The notes: generated by a model not told the origin, from the letters alone. 64,000 nt of DNA from Candidatus Omnitrophota bacterium (GCA_043822245.1 JBDRBY010000001.1:4337-68336), one strand, 5' to 3'. Positions 1 through 8,306 are shown, counted from the stretch's first letter. Numbers and translations are program-made.

Positions 1-780
1 CGGCACCTTTAGCAACTTCGCGTGAAATTTTATTCTAAATTGTTTATCCGAGCTAAGGCGTTTTTTAAACAAAATACTTATAAAAGTTCCGGCACAGGCT
101 ATCGGAATCCATAACTTCCTTACTGTCCAACCTAATCCAAGGACAATCTTTGTCGGGATAGGAAGTTGCGCGCCTGAAGCGCTGAATACCATTACAAACT
201 TGGGTAAAACCCCGATTACAAGAAAATTAATCACCACAAAAGCGACTACAACCAAAACTACCGGATAGACCAATGCCGATGCTATCCGGGATTGAGTCTC
301 CATCTCTTGTGTTCCTAAAAGAGCTACCCGGTCCAAAATCGTATCCAGCAACCCGCCCGCTTCCCCGACCTGTACCATGCATACAAAAAGCTCGGAAAAG
401 GCCTCCGGATGTTTAGACAGGGCACTTGAAAAGTTTTCTCCTTTTTGCACATCCTGACGAACACCCTCTATGATTAATTTTAGTTTCTTATTCGTTGTTT
501 GTTCCGAAACTGCGGACAAAGCCTCAGAAAGAGGGGTACCCGAGTGGAGTAAAATCGCGATCTGGCGTGTAAACAGGATTATGTCACGTTTCCTGAAATT
601 TTGAAATCTATCTAAAACGGCGGTAATTGAAAAATTTCCGTTTTCTTTGCTTCTAATATCAATAACGCTGTAACCCATCTCACCTAACCGGACAGTAAGA
701 GCACTTTCACTTTCCGATTCCATTGTGCCGGTTATCAATTCTCCCCTGTCATCTCTCGCTCTGTAAGAGTATTGTGCCAT
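1..780 (-). CDS. pilC: Type II secretion system F / type IV pilus platform protein (GspF/PilC family), partial, runs off the window start
   Basis: Hand translation from ATG at 780: MAQYSYRARDDRGELITG...FTRQIAILLHSGTPLSEAL...VQKGENFSSALSKHPEAFSELFVCMVQVGEAGGLLDTILDR...SALVYP, typical GspF/PilC motifs. Not in the ORF track. Confidence 0.92.
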   Translation of the reverse strand, partial: MAQYSYRARDDRGELITGTMESESESALTVRLGEMGYSVIDIRSKENGNFSITAVLDRFQNFRKRDIILFTRQIAILLHSGTPLSEALSAVSEQTTNKKLKLIIEGVRQDVQKGENFSSALSKHPEAFSELFVCMVQVGEAGGLLDTILDRVALLGTQEMETQSRIASALVYPVVLVVVAFVVINFLVIGVLPKFVMVFSASGAQLPIPTKIVLGLGWTVRKLWIPIACAGTFISILFKKRLSSDKQFRIKFHAKLLKVP

Positions 781-839
781 TATGCCGCCTATTTGTTTTC
801 ATTGCGTCAAAAAATATGTTACACTATCTTTTCCGGCTA

Positions 840-1952
840 TTACGAATTCGCGTATTTATCAAAATAGTAACTCGACATTATATCATTTTTTAGATACTTG
901 GCGAAGATCAACGAAAGGTTAAAATAGATCTCTTTATCCGTACCATCTCCTTGTAACGCCTGCTCATAAACCATAACAGCCTTCTTATATTGGCCTTTTT
1001 GCGTATAAAGATATCCCAAATTGTATTTACTTTCTTTTTCATCAGGGCTTATTGCTAAAACCTTGTTGTAATACCGGATTGCTTCATTTAAATTTTCTTC
1101 AAGTGAATAAAGATATCCAAACGCGAGGTACACGCTAACCTTGTCTTTTGCTTTTGTATCAAACTTGCTATTTATCGGCGATAAAATTTCATAGGCGCCT
1201 ATCTTTTTTTTCATTTCGGTTATAGTTCCATTTAACTGAACTTTTTCTTGCTGATTAGTTTTTTGCAAATCCAGAAAATGCTTCTGTATATCATCCTTTT
1301 TTTCCTCTAAGCCTTTATTCCGCGCTGCCAGGCCTTCCAGCTTTTTCCCAAGTTCCGCGTTCGCCAATTCTGTTTCTTTCAGCCTGCCTGCTGTTTTCTC
1401 TGCCGCCTGTTCCCGCGTGTTTAACTCTCCCAGTAACCGTTGGTTTTCCACGCGCGTTTTCTCAACTTGTTCCGCTAACTCGCTTATCTTCTTCTCGCTC
1501 TGGGTATATTCTCCCTTTAACTTGCCCGCGTCTTTTGCCAACACGGCCTTTTCTTCCTCTAAGCCTTTATTCCGCGCTGCCACGCCTTCCAGCTTTTTCC
1601 CAAGTTCCGCGTTCGCCAATTCTGTTTCTTTCAGCCTGCCTGCTGTTTTCTCGGCCGCCTGTTCCCGCGTGTTTAACTCTCCCTGTAACCGTTGGTTTTC
1701 CACTCGCGTTTTCTCAACTTGTTCTTTTAATGTCCTCTTTCCTTCTACAGTAGCATCGTATTGTGCTCGCAATTTTTTATTTTCTACAAAGAGATTCTTT
1801 ATCTTTCCTGTGATAGTTTCCTCTATTTTGTCCAATTCTTTCTCCAGATTGTGTGTTTGCTCCTGCGCTTTAACAGAAACTGCTCCCGCGAAAAATAAAA
1901 AAAGAAAAACCACTGTCGCAACTTCGGCTCTAGACTTAATTTGCTTTTTCAT
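840..1952 (-). CDS. Exported long coiled-coil protein with C-terminal TPR domain
   Basis: Probable start ATG at 1952 after a GGAG SD; signal-peptide-like N-terminus (VVFLFLFFAGAVSVKA), long E/K-rich helical region, C-terminal TPRs (YNLGYLYTQKGQYKKAVMVYEQAL). Confidence 0.8.
   Translation of the reverse strand: MKKQIKSRAEVATVVFLFLFFAGAVSVKAQEQTHNLEKELDKIEETITGKIKNLFVENKKLRAQYDATVEGKRTLKEQVEKTRVENQRLQGELNTREQAAEKTAGRLKETELANAELGKKLEGVAARNKGLEEEKAVLAKDAGKLKGEYTQSEKKISELAEQVEKTRVENQRLLGELNTREQAAEKTAGRLKETELANAELGKKLEGLAARNKGLEEKKDDIQKHFLDLQKTNQQEKVQLNGTITEMKKKIGAYEILSPINSKFDTKAKDKVSVYLAFGYLYSLEENLNEAIRYYNKVLAISPDEKESKYNLGYLYTQKGQYKKAVMVYEQALQGDGTDKEIYFNLSLIFAKYLKNDIMSSYYFDKYANS
1302..1724. repeat. 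Intragenic direct repeat, about 171 bp x2, period 252 bp (84 codons)
   Basis: 1302-1472 is nearly identical to 1554-1724; encodes EQVEKTRVENQRL...ARNKGLEE twice. Confidence 0.95.
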
Positions 1953-1974
1953 TTTTACTCCTATCGTTAGTTTT

Positions 1975-2268
1975 GGTATTGTCAAAAGTTTTTATCAAAA
2001 TTTTTCTTACCACAATCGACGCGTATTTGATTTTAGATTCATTTTGCGGTTTGTCTTGTTGTATTAAATCCCCCTAGCCCCCTTTTTCAAAGGGGGGAAC
2101 GTTCTGCTCCTTTTTCAAAGGGGGGAACGTTCTGACCCTTTTTCAAAGGGGGGAACGTTCTGACCCTTTTTCAAAGGGGGGAAAAGATCTGCCTTTTTTT
2201 TAAAAAAGAGAATGGAAACTACTTCATTACTTCTTTCATAATTTTTCCATTTTATTTTTAACATTATC
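1975..2268. mobile_element. Non-autonomous MITE-like element, copy 1, containing four 28-bp CCCTTTTTCAAAGGGGGG-type units
   Basis: Imperfect terminal inverted repeats (GGTATTGTCAAAAGT vs reverse-complemented right end GATAATGTTAAAAAT); flanks TTAGTTTT (1967-1974) and TTAGCTTT (2269-2276); ends shared with the copy at 14095-14378. Confidence 0.7.
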
Positions 2269-2281
2269 TTAGCTTTCGTAA

Positions 2282-4006
2282 TTAAGAATCTTCTGTCAAA
2301 ACCTTCAAATCAGCTTTCCTCGTTCGGCTTACTCTATTGTAAGAAGATAATGACATTATTCTATACTGTTCTTTCGCGTCTTTAACGAAAAAACTGTTCG
2401 GGTAATCAGAAATCACCTGAGAAAATACCTCTTTGGCTTTCGCGTAATCTTTCACTTCATCCTGGTAAATTTTACCTGCAAGATATAATGCCTCAGGCGC
2501 ATGGGCTCCATCCGGAAACTGGGTATAAATATTCATGTAGAGATTAAGCGCTTGTTGTTTTCTGAAATGCTTGTCTTTTCTAACACTTTCCACGCCTTTG
2601 CCTTTATCTAACGCTTTCGCTTTTCTTAAGATTTCCGCGGTAAGGCACAGTTCCGCTGTTTTCTCAATATGTACATGAGTTTCTTCCTCTTCAGCCTCTT
2701 CTTTGTTTAATCGTTTTTTCTCTTCACGTGACCGCAAAATTCGCGGAGTAATAAAAACCGCTAATTCCGTCTGCTGATCCGTACCCTCGGTTCTCGAAAA
2801 CAACGCTCCTAAGAAAGGAATATCGCCTAAAAAAGGGATTTTGTCTCTAGAAACGTCACTCTGCTGTTTTATCAGGCCTCCGATCACCAGCGTCTCGCCT
2901 TCTCTAACTCGCACGGTCGTGTCGGCTTCTCTTGTTGTGATCCTGGGACCCGCGTCCAAAGATTCGGCCAAGGAAGATACTTCCGGGTGTACTCGCATTG
3001 TGATATAACCGTCGTCATTTATCTGCGGAGTTACCTTCAAAGTCGTGCCTATGTCAACAAATGTCGTAGTTTCCGTAGTGCCGGTAGTCGTTTGCGTGCG
3101 CTCTTTGATGGGATATCTCTGCCCTATAATTATGCGCGCCTCCTGACCGTTCAAAACAGCGATAGACGGAGAAGCCAAAAGATTTGCTTTGCCGTCTCTT
3201 ATCAACGCGTCAATTGTCGCGGTAACATTAAGCCCCTTTATACTAAAAGTGTTAAGGACAAACTGCCCCCCGGTTAGAGTGGAAGATTGTTCAGCCATGC
3301 TCATGGTAAGATCCGCTTCCTCTGCGGTTTGCGTAATCCGGTCAAAAAGGCCCTGGCCGGGAGCGTAATCCACATTCCATGTGGTACCCAAAGCTTTTAT
3401 TTCGTTAGATGTGATATCCACAACCTTGGCCTCAACAAGAATCTGCTGAGGGGGGATATCCACTTTTTTAAGCAAATCTTTGATCCTCTGGATATTTACC
3501 GGATAATCCGTAATAATGAGGCTGTTTTGAACGTCATCCGTCTTTATGTCACCTTTTGCCGAAAGAACTTTTCTTAAAAGGTTTTGAGCATCTGCTGACC
3601 TTATGTAATCCAGGAAGATTACCTCCGTTGTAAACTCCACGCTCTCTCCGCCGCCTGAAGACACGTAAATAATGTCATCTCGGACGCTGTAAACTAAGCC
3701 GTTCACATTAAGTATGGCTTTGAGCGCGTTTTCCACGCTCACATTTTTCAAATTTACCGTTACCGTCCCTTTTACATCTGGGCTCGTAACCACGTTAAGG
3801 TTGTACGTCCAAGCGAAAGATCTCAGAATATTCACGACATCCGCGTTTTTGTACTCAAGGTTCACGGGCTGTTGAAATATTTCTTCAACCGTAAGTATTT
3901 TTTTGTCAGGCGCGACGGTTATCCATTCCTCAGCCGCGCCTGAGGCGTTTATAAGGAATAGTCCCGCCACGATGAATACCACGACTTTATTTCTTTTTCT
4001 CAGCAT
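2282..4006 (-). CDS. pilQ: Secretin (PilQ/GspD family) with fused C-terminal TPR domain
   Basis: N0 and N3 domains (VNLEYKNADVVNILR; IKTDDVQNSLIITD), secretin core (LLASPSIAVLNGQEARIIIG, GETLVIGGLI, KIPFLGDIPFLGALF, ELAVFITPRIL), then TPR (APEALYLAGKIY...VISDYPNS). Probable start ATG 4006 with signal peptide. Confidence 0.9.
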   Translation of the reverse strand: MLRKRNKVVVFIVAGLFLINASGAAEEWITVAPDKKILTVEEIFQQPVNLEYKNADVVNILRSFAWTYNLNVVTSPDVKGTVTVNLKNVSVENALKAILNVNGLVYSVRDDIIYVSSGGGESVEFTTEVIFLDYIRSADAQNLLRKVLSAKGDIKTDDVQNSLIITDYPVNIQRIKDLLKKVDIPPQQILVEAKVVDITSNEIKALGTTWNVDYAPGQGLFDRITQTAEEADLTMSMAEQSSTLTGGQFVLNTFSIKGLNVTATIDALIRDGKANLLASPSIAVLNGQEARIIIGQRYPIKERTQTTTGTTETTTFVDIGTTLKVTPQINDDGYITMRVHPEVSSLAESLDAGPRITTREADTTVRVREGETLVIGGLIKQQSDVSRDKIPFLGDIPFLGALFSRTEGTDQQTELAVFITPRILRSREEKKRLNKEEAEEEETHVHIEKTAELCLTAEILRKAKALDKGKGVESVRKDKHFRKQQALNLYMNIYTQFPDGAHAPEALYLAGKIYQDEVKDYAKAKEVFSQVISDYPNSFFVKDAKEQYRIMSLSSYNRVSRTRKADLKVLTEDS

Positions 4007-4049
4007 ATTTCCCCTCTTTAGTTTAATTTTCGCCATTGACAACGAAACG

Positions 4050-4907
4050 TTACCTTTCAACCGCTATTAAGTATTCTTCAACACCGTCCGTCAAAATAAT
4101 TTTGTCTTGCTCTATTTTTTTGAGCGTGTACTCGCCTATCACGGAACCTTCCTTCACAACTTCACCTCCTACAATAGCTGTTGGAATCCCAGCGTTGTAG
4201 GTTATTCCTTCTAATTTTATGTCAATCTTAGCTTTTGTCGACTCCGGCCGTACTTTCGAAACAAAAATATCCCGCAGTTCATAAAAACCATCCTTCGTTT
4301 CTTTCGCCTTGAGCTGTTCAGAAAAGGGAACGTCGCCCAGCAGGCTCGATACCACGAGCTTGATTAAACTGTCAGACTCTTTTTTTCTTTTTTGAGGCTC
4401 TGAAATTTCCAATTCTTCTACCTTAAGGAATGGGGATATTGTTTCCACTTGCCGGATGTAATCGACAATTTCCGAAAAAGGCGCGTCAAACCGTATCTCG
4501 ACAAAAATACGGGAATATTCCTCTCCCTTGTCTATTTTCTGGCGTATCGAGTCTATTTTTATATCTTTCGCGAGCCGTGTAAGTTCGGCGATTAAGCGCG
4601 CTGTCGCGTTCTTACTAGGAAGTTTTTTTTCCATCGCCTCTATCTCTTCAAACAGTTCCGCGCCCCTGTTCTGTTCTTCTTCAATCCGTTCCCTGCCTGC
4701 CTGTATCTCCGGATGTTGAGCTTTTATCTGCTCGAATTGCTTTGTCAATCGTTCGGTTTGAGTTTTATATATAAGGAGATTCCCGGTCAAAGGCTTATAG
4801 ACCGCTCCATAATAAAGGATGACACCAAGAATCGCGGCAAAAGCCGTTACGGCAATCCTTTCCCTTTTACTCAAGCTTTTGTATTTTTCTATTATGTTTT
4901 TTCCCAT
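4050..4907 (-). CDS. pilO: PilO-like bitopic assembly protein with extra C-terminal beta domain (PilP/GspB/MshK-like)
   Basis: LSKRER followed by a TM helix, coiled coil, KKLPSK and a PilO-like core (FSEIVDYIRQVETISPFLKVEELEI), then LEGITYNAGIPTAIVGGEVVKEGSVIGEYTLKKIEQDKIIL. Probable start ATG 4907. Confidence 0.75.
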   Translation of the reverse strand: MGKNIIEKYKSLSKRERIAVTAFAAILGVILYYGAVYKPLTGNLLIYKTQTERLTKQFEQIKAQHPEIQAGRERIEEEQNRGAELFEEIEAMEKKLPSKNATARLIAELTRLAKDIKIDSIRQKIDKGEEYSRIFVEIRFDAPFSEIVDYIRQVETISPFLKVEELEISEPQKRKKESDSLIKLVVSSLLGDVPFSEQLKAKETKDGFYELRDIFVSKVRPESTKAKIDIKLEGITYNAGIPTAIVGGEVVKEGSVIGEYTLKKIEQDKIILTDGVEEYLIAVER

Positions 4908-4908
4908 G

Positions 4909-6774
4909 TTATTGGAATACCACCACCTCAAAGCTATAGACCTGCTTATCCTGCTCTTTTTGCGTGTAACTGAACTTCGCGTCTGAAAACACATCCGTCT
5001 CTTTTACCTTCTCTATAAGCTGAGTAATTAGTACCAGGTTAACAGTAGAACCGACTATCACAAATTTCCCTTCTTCATACTTCAGGCTGTTAACCCATAC
5101 CTCTTCCGGCAAAAGAGCCGCTATCGAACCAAGCATTTTTGAGACATCTACCGGATTTCTTTTCGCGTCGTTAAGAATCTTGAGCTGCGCCTCCAGTATT
5201 TTTTTCCGGTTAACCAATTCATTTTCTTCTTTGGCAAGGTTAATCCGCAAAATCTCATGTTTAGACAAATCAATTTTCGCTTTATCAACCTTTTTTGCCG
5301 ATTCTTCCATCCGCGATTTATAAAACCCTGCCGTTCCCGCCAAAAAACCGCTTAACACAATTGACACGACAAGTAACCCCGTTACTATCTGGACCGGCCG
5401 CTGCCTAAATGCTGTCCACAGAATTTTGAGCGGCTCCTGTCCCGATTCCGGTAGAAAATTCACTCTCCGGGTACTTGCTGCCTTTTGTCCGATAGAAAGC
5501 CCCGCGCCTATCGTAAAGAGGCCGGGTTCCGTTACCAGCACGGCCTTTTGTTTCTTCACACTTTCTAAAACCCTGAACACAGAGAACGGGTCAAAATACT
5601 CTACTGGAACACCTAATTTAACATTCAGAAATTTTTCCAAATTTTTCAGTTTCGCCCCGCCGCCGGATAAAATCACGCGGCTAAACCTCCTGACCTGAGA
5701 CTGCGCGACCTGAAACGAAAAATGCTTAAACAAAAGTTCTATTTCCACCACTAAATTCTCAAGCGCGGATACAAGCGCGTAATAAATCTGTTCCGAGCTG
5801 TCCTTCGATTTTTCAAACAACTCAACATTCCCGCCCAGAGGGGAGAATACTTTATCTTTCGACCAAAAACTAAAGCCATGTTCTTTCTTCAGTTCTTCAG
5901 CCTTTTCTTCGGAAACCCTGCACTGTTTGGCAATGTTCTTGTTTATTCGATCCGAAGTTAAAACAATCTCTTTGGAGAAACATAACGAACGGCTCTTGGA
6001 AACCGCCAAAAAACTTTCCTCCGCGCCTATGTGCACCCATAACTCCACATCCTCTTCATATTCGGACTGCTCATAAATACTGCTGAGGTTCACCAAGCCA
6101 AACTGCGGAGATTCAACGCTGACGGGCTTAAAACCCGCGGCTTCCAACAACGCGATGTGCCTGGCCAGGGCATCTTTGGAAACGCACGCGATAACCACTC
6201 TTTCTTGTGAAACACCTCCGGTATTTTCAGTGATTTTCCATTTTTTGAATTTGCACACCAATTTTGCCCAGCTCAATCCAAATGGTTTAAGCTGGGCAAT
6301 TTTGAACCGGATAGCGGATTCTAATTCTTCATCCGGCATAGGGGGAAACATCATATTGTAAATCTGGACATCCCGCGCGGATAAAGCCGTCACACACGCC
6401 GGGCCGGTATCATTGCGGCCTCTCAGAGCTACTAAAGCGTTTTTTGTCGCGGAAAAAGAATCCTTGACAGAGGGAGCGTCGTAAGGCTGGCTGTCAACAT
6501 TGATGATCTCAAATCTTTTCTTTTCATCCACACCCAAACGGATCATTTTCACAGCTCGGGAACCGATGTCTATAACCACAGGCAGAGGCTTTATATCTTT
6601 CATGTCCGAGAGTGCTTCCGCGAGCTCTTTTTTCGAAGAAGGCACGATTTTGCGGATGTTCTTGCTGTATGTAAAAATACTTGAAACACCTCCTGCCACG
6701 GCTTTCGGGCGGTCAAACACACTTTTTACCAGATCATCCGGCAAGGCATTTGGAGTCTTTTTGTTTTTATCCAT
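4909..6774 (-). CDS. pilM: PilM-PilN fusion with about 60-aa N-terminal extension
   Basis: Actin-like PilM motifs (VIDIGSRAVK, VHIGAEES, VILSGGGAKLKNLEKFL...LGVPVE), then the PilN motif VNFLP, a TM helix, a coiled coil and a PilN domain (LPEEVWVNSL). Confidence 0.88.
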   Translation of the reverse strand: MDKNKKTPNALPDDLVKSVFDRPKAVAGGVSSIFTYSKNIRKIVPSSKKELAEALSDMKDIKPLPVVIDIGSRAVKMIRLGVDEKKRFEIINVDSQPYDAPSVKDSFSATKNALVALRGRNDTGPACVTALSARDVQIYNMMFPPMPDEELESAIRFKIAQLKPFGLSWAKLVCKFKKWKITENTGGVSQERVVIACVSKDALARHIALLEAAGFKPVSVESPQFGLVNLSSIYEQSEYEEDVELWVHIGAEESFLAVSKSRSLCFSKEIVLTSDRINKNIAKQCRVSEEKAEELKKEHGFSFWSKDKVFSPLGGNVELFEKSKDSSEQIYYALVSALENLVVEIELLFKHFSFQVAQSQVRRFSRVILSGGGAKLKNLEKFLNVKLGVPVEYFDPFSVFRVLESVKKQKAVLVTEPGLFTIGAGLSIGQKAASTRRVNFLPESGQEPLKILWTAFRQRPVQIVTGLLVVSIVLSGFLAGTAGFYKSRMEESAKKVDKAKIDLSKHEILRINLAKEENELVNRKKILEAQLKILNDAKRNPVDVSKMLGSIAALLPEEVWVNSLKYEEGKFVIVGSTVNLVLITQLIEKVKETDVFSDAKFSYTQKEQDKQVYSFEVVVFQ

Positions 6775-7666
6775 TTTTCACTTTTGTTCGCGCGACAACT
6801 TCCTCGGTCAACGCGGCGTAATCCTTCGCGCCCTTGGAAGATGGCTCGTAATCAAATATTGATTTCTTATTCGCCGCCGCCTCAGCCAGCGTAATGTTGA
6901 CCCTTATGACTGACCGAAAAACTTTATCTCCAAAGTATGATTTTAACTGTGAAAAGATAGTCCTATCCATCCTTGTCCGCTTGTTAAACAATGTGGGAAG
7001 TATCCCGAGTATCTCAAGATCGGAATTCAGCCTGCCTTTAATAATCTCGATTGTGGAAAAAAGTTCCCTCATACCCTCCAGCGCGAAGTAATGAGTCTGA
7101 ACGGGAACAAGAATAAATTTCGAAGCTACTATCCCGTTTATGGTCAAGAGGTTTAAAGATGGGGAACAATCAATCACAATATAGTCGTAGTGTTTGTTCC
7201 TCGTGTTTATCATTTTGTAAAGGGCGTTTCTTAAAATTCCTTCCCTGCCCAAAAGATCCGCGATTTCGAGCTGTGCCCCGCTGAGCATCGGGGTCGCAGG
7301 CACAAGGCTTAATCCCGCGCAGGAAGTTCCAACAATAGTTTTTTCCATGTCAATATTTTTGACAAGGACGTCGTAAATCGAACACTCTACGTCGTCCACT
7401 CTGACGCCTAACCCTAACGAAGCGTGAGACTGCGAATCTAAGTCTATGATGAGGACTTCAAAACCCCTCTTCGCCAAAGCCGCCGCGAGGTTAATCGCGG
7501 TTGTGGTTTTTCCGCATCCGCCTTTTCGATTAGCGACACAGATAACCGACGAATCTTTTTTTTCTTCTTTTTCTTCAAAACGCGGCAGGTTGATGTCGGG
7601 AAAGCCCGGAACCTGAAACCCTTTTTGTTTTTGTTCCCTGAACATTGATTTTATCTCATTGAGCAT
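6767..7666 (-). CDS. ParA/Soj-family ATPase (orphan, inside the pilus operon)
   Basis: Deviant Walker [19 protein letters not shown], Walker B IVIDCSPSL, LAEAAANKKSIFDYEPSSKGAKDY. Confidence 0.93.
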   Translation of the reverse strand: MLNEIKSMFREQKQKGFQVPGFPDINLPRFEEKEEKKDSSVICVANRKGGCGKTTTAINLAAALAKRGFEVLIIDLDSQSHASLGLGVRVDDVECSIYDVLVKNIDMEKTIVGTSCAGLSLVPATPMLSGAQLEIADLLGREGILRNALYKMINTRNKHYDYIVIDCSPSLNLLTINGIVASKFILVPVQTHYFALEGMRELFSTIEIIKGRLNSDLEILGILPTLFNKRTRMDRTIFSQLKSYFGDKVFRSVIRVNITLAEAAANKKSIFDYEPSSKGAKDYAALTEEVVARTKVKNG

Positions 7667-7684
7667 GCTCCACCTCCGACTCCT

Positions 7685-7921
7685 TTAAACGCTATAGCCT
7701 TTATCAAACCTTCGTTGTATAAGCCGCAGTGTATACCCCTCTTTTCTCATGTTTGTAATCGTGTCAAAGACGCTGCTAATCCCTTTTTTGTCGTACAGCC
7801 GCACGTTACCCTTGCGAACACCGACTTTGAAAAGCCCGATATTTGTGTAATAATTAATTGTCGCGACTGAAACCTTCAAATCTTTCGCCAGCTCTTTCGC
7901 TGTAACAAATTTTTCCAGCAC
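7685..7921 (-). CDS. Small stand-alone MerR-type HTH DNA-binding protein
   Basis: TAKELAKDLKVSVATINYYTNIGLF...GNVRLYD...GYTLRLI; GTG start at 7921 follows SD GAGGAGG. Confidence 0.85.
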   Translation of the reverse strand: MLEKFVTAKELAKDLKVSVATINYYTNIGLFKVGVRKGNVRLYDKKGISSVFDTITNMRKEGYTLRLIQRRFDKGYSV

Positions 7922-7959
7922 GAGCCACCTCCTCTCCAATCATGTAAGCAAACAATTGT

Positions 7960-8006
7960 TTCAAAATGTCATTTTGAAGTGTACACAAAAACCAATGAAT
8001 AGTCAA
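7960..8006 (-). promoter_or_regulatory. Sigma70-type promoter of the pilus operon with adjacent palindromic operator candidate
   Basis: Minus strand TTGACT-N17-TACACT with TG extension (8006-7978); perfect inverted repeat TTCAAAATG-T-CATTTTGAA at 7960-7978. Confidence 0.7.
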
Positions 8007-8106
8007 GCCATTGTGTGTAATTATTTTAGCTCCGCTACATATTGTTTTTCAAAACAAACATCATGTTAGCATCTGTTAACGCATACGGTTGTTTCGTTGA
8101 TTGTTT

Positions 8107-8306
8107 TTAAATAGGGACGTTTTAAATAGGGACGTCACCCATTTATTCACCCATTTATTTGAGACGCGATAAATCGCGTCTCTACGTTATTGGTTTCTTT
8201 TTTAAATAGGGACGTCACCCATTTATCGTTAAATAGGGACGTCACCCATTTATTCACCCATTTATTTGAGACGCGATAAATCGCGTCTCTACGTTATTGG
8301 TTTCTT
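8107..8306. repeat. REP cluster: GTAG-type palindrome x2 plus AAATAGGGACGT(CACCCATTT) units x4, in a direct duplication with 107-bp period
   Basis: GAGACGCGATAAATCGCGTCTCTAC at 8161 and 8268; 8122-8200 is repeated at 8229-8306. Confidence 0.9.

Noticed and set aside
1417-2067. 216-aa plus-strand ORF and the many other antisense ORFs in the track (e.g. 10336, 36116, 40537, 47847)
   Set aside because: They are shadow frames opposite well-supported genes and show no recognisable motifs.
2066-2200. 28-bp tandem palindromic units (also 38492-38602) as a CRISPR array
   Set aside because: The units are directly adjacent with no unique spacers, no cas genes are present, and the motif is dispersed elsewhere in the window.
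6767-7666. Chromosomal parAB/origin locus
   Set aside because: There is no parB, dnaA or gid gene, and I noticed no parS-like TGTTTCACGTGAAACA palindrome.
8107-8306. Repeat cluster as a CRISPR array or replication origin iterons
   Set aside because: Spacing is irregular, the intervening sequences are themselves repeats, and no cas or rep gene is nearby. REP elements explain it.
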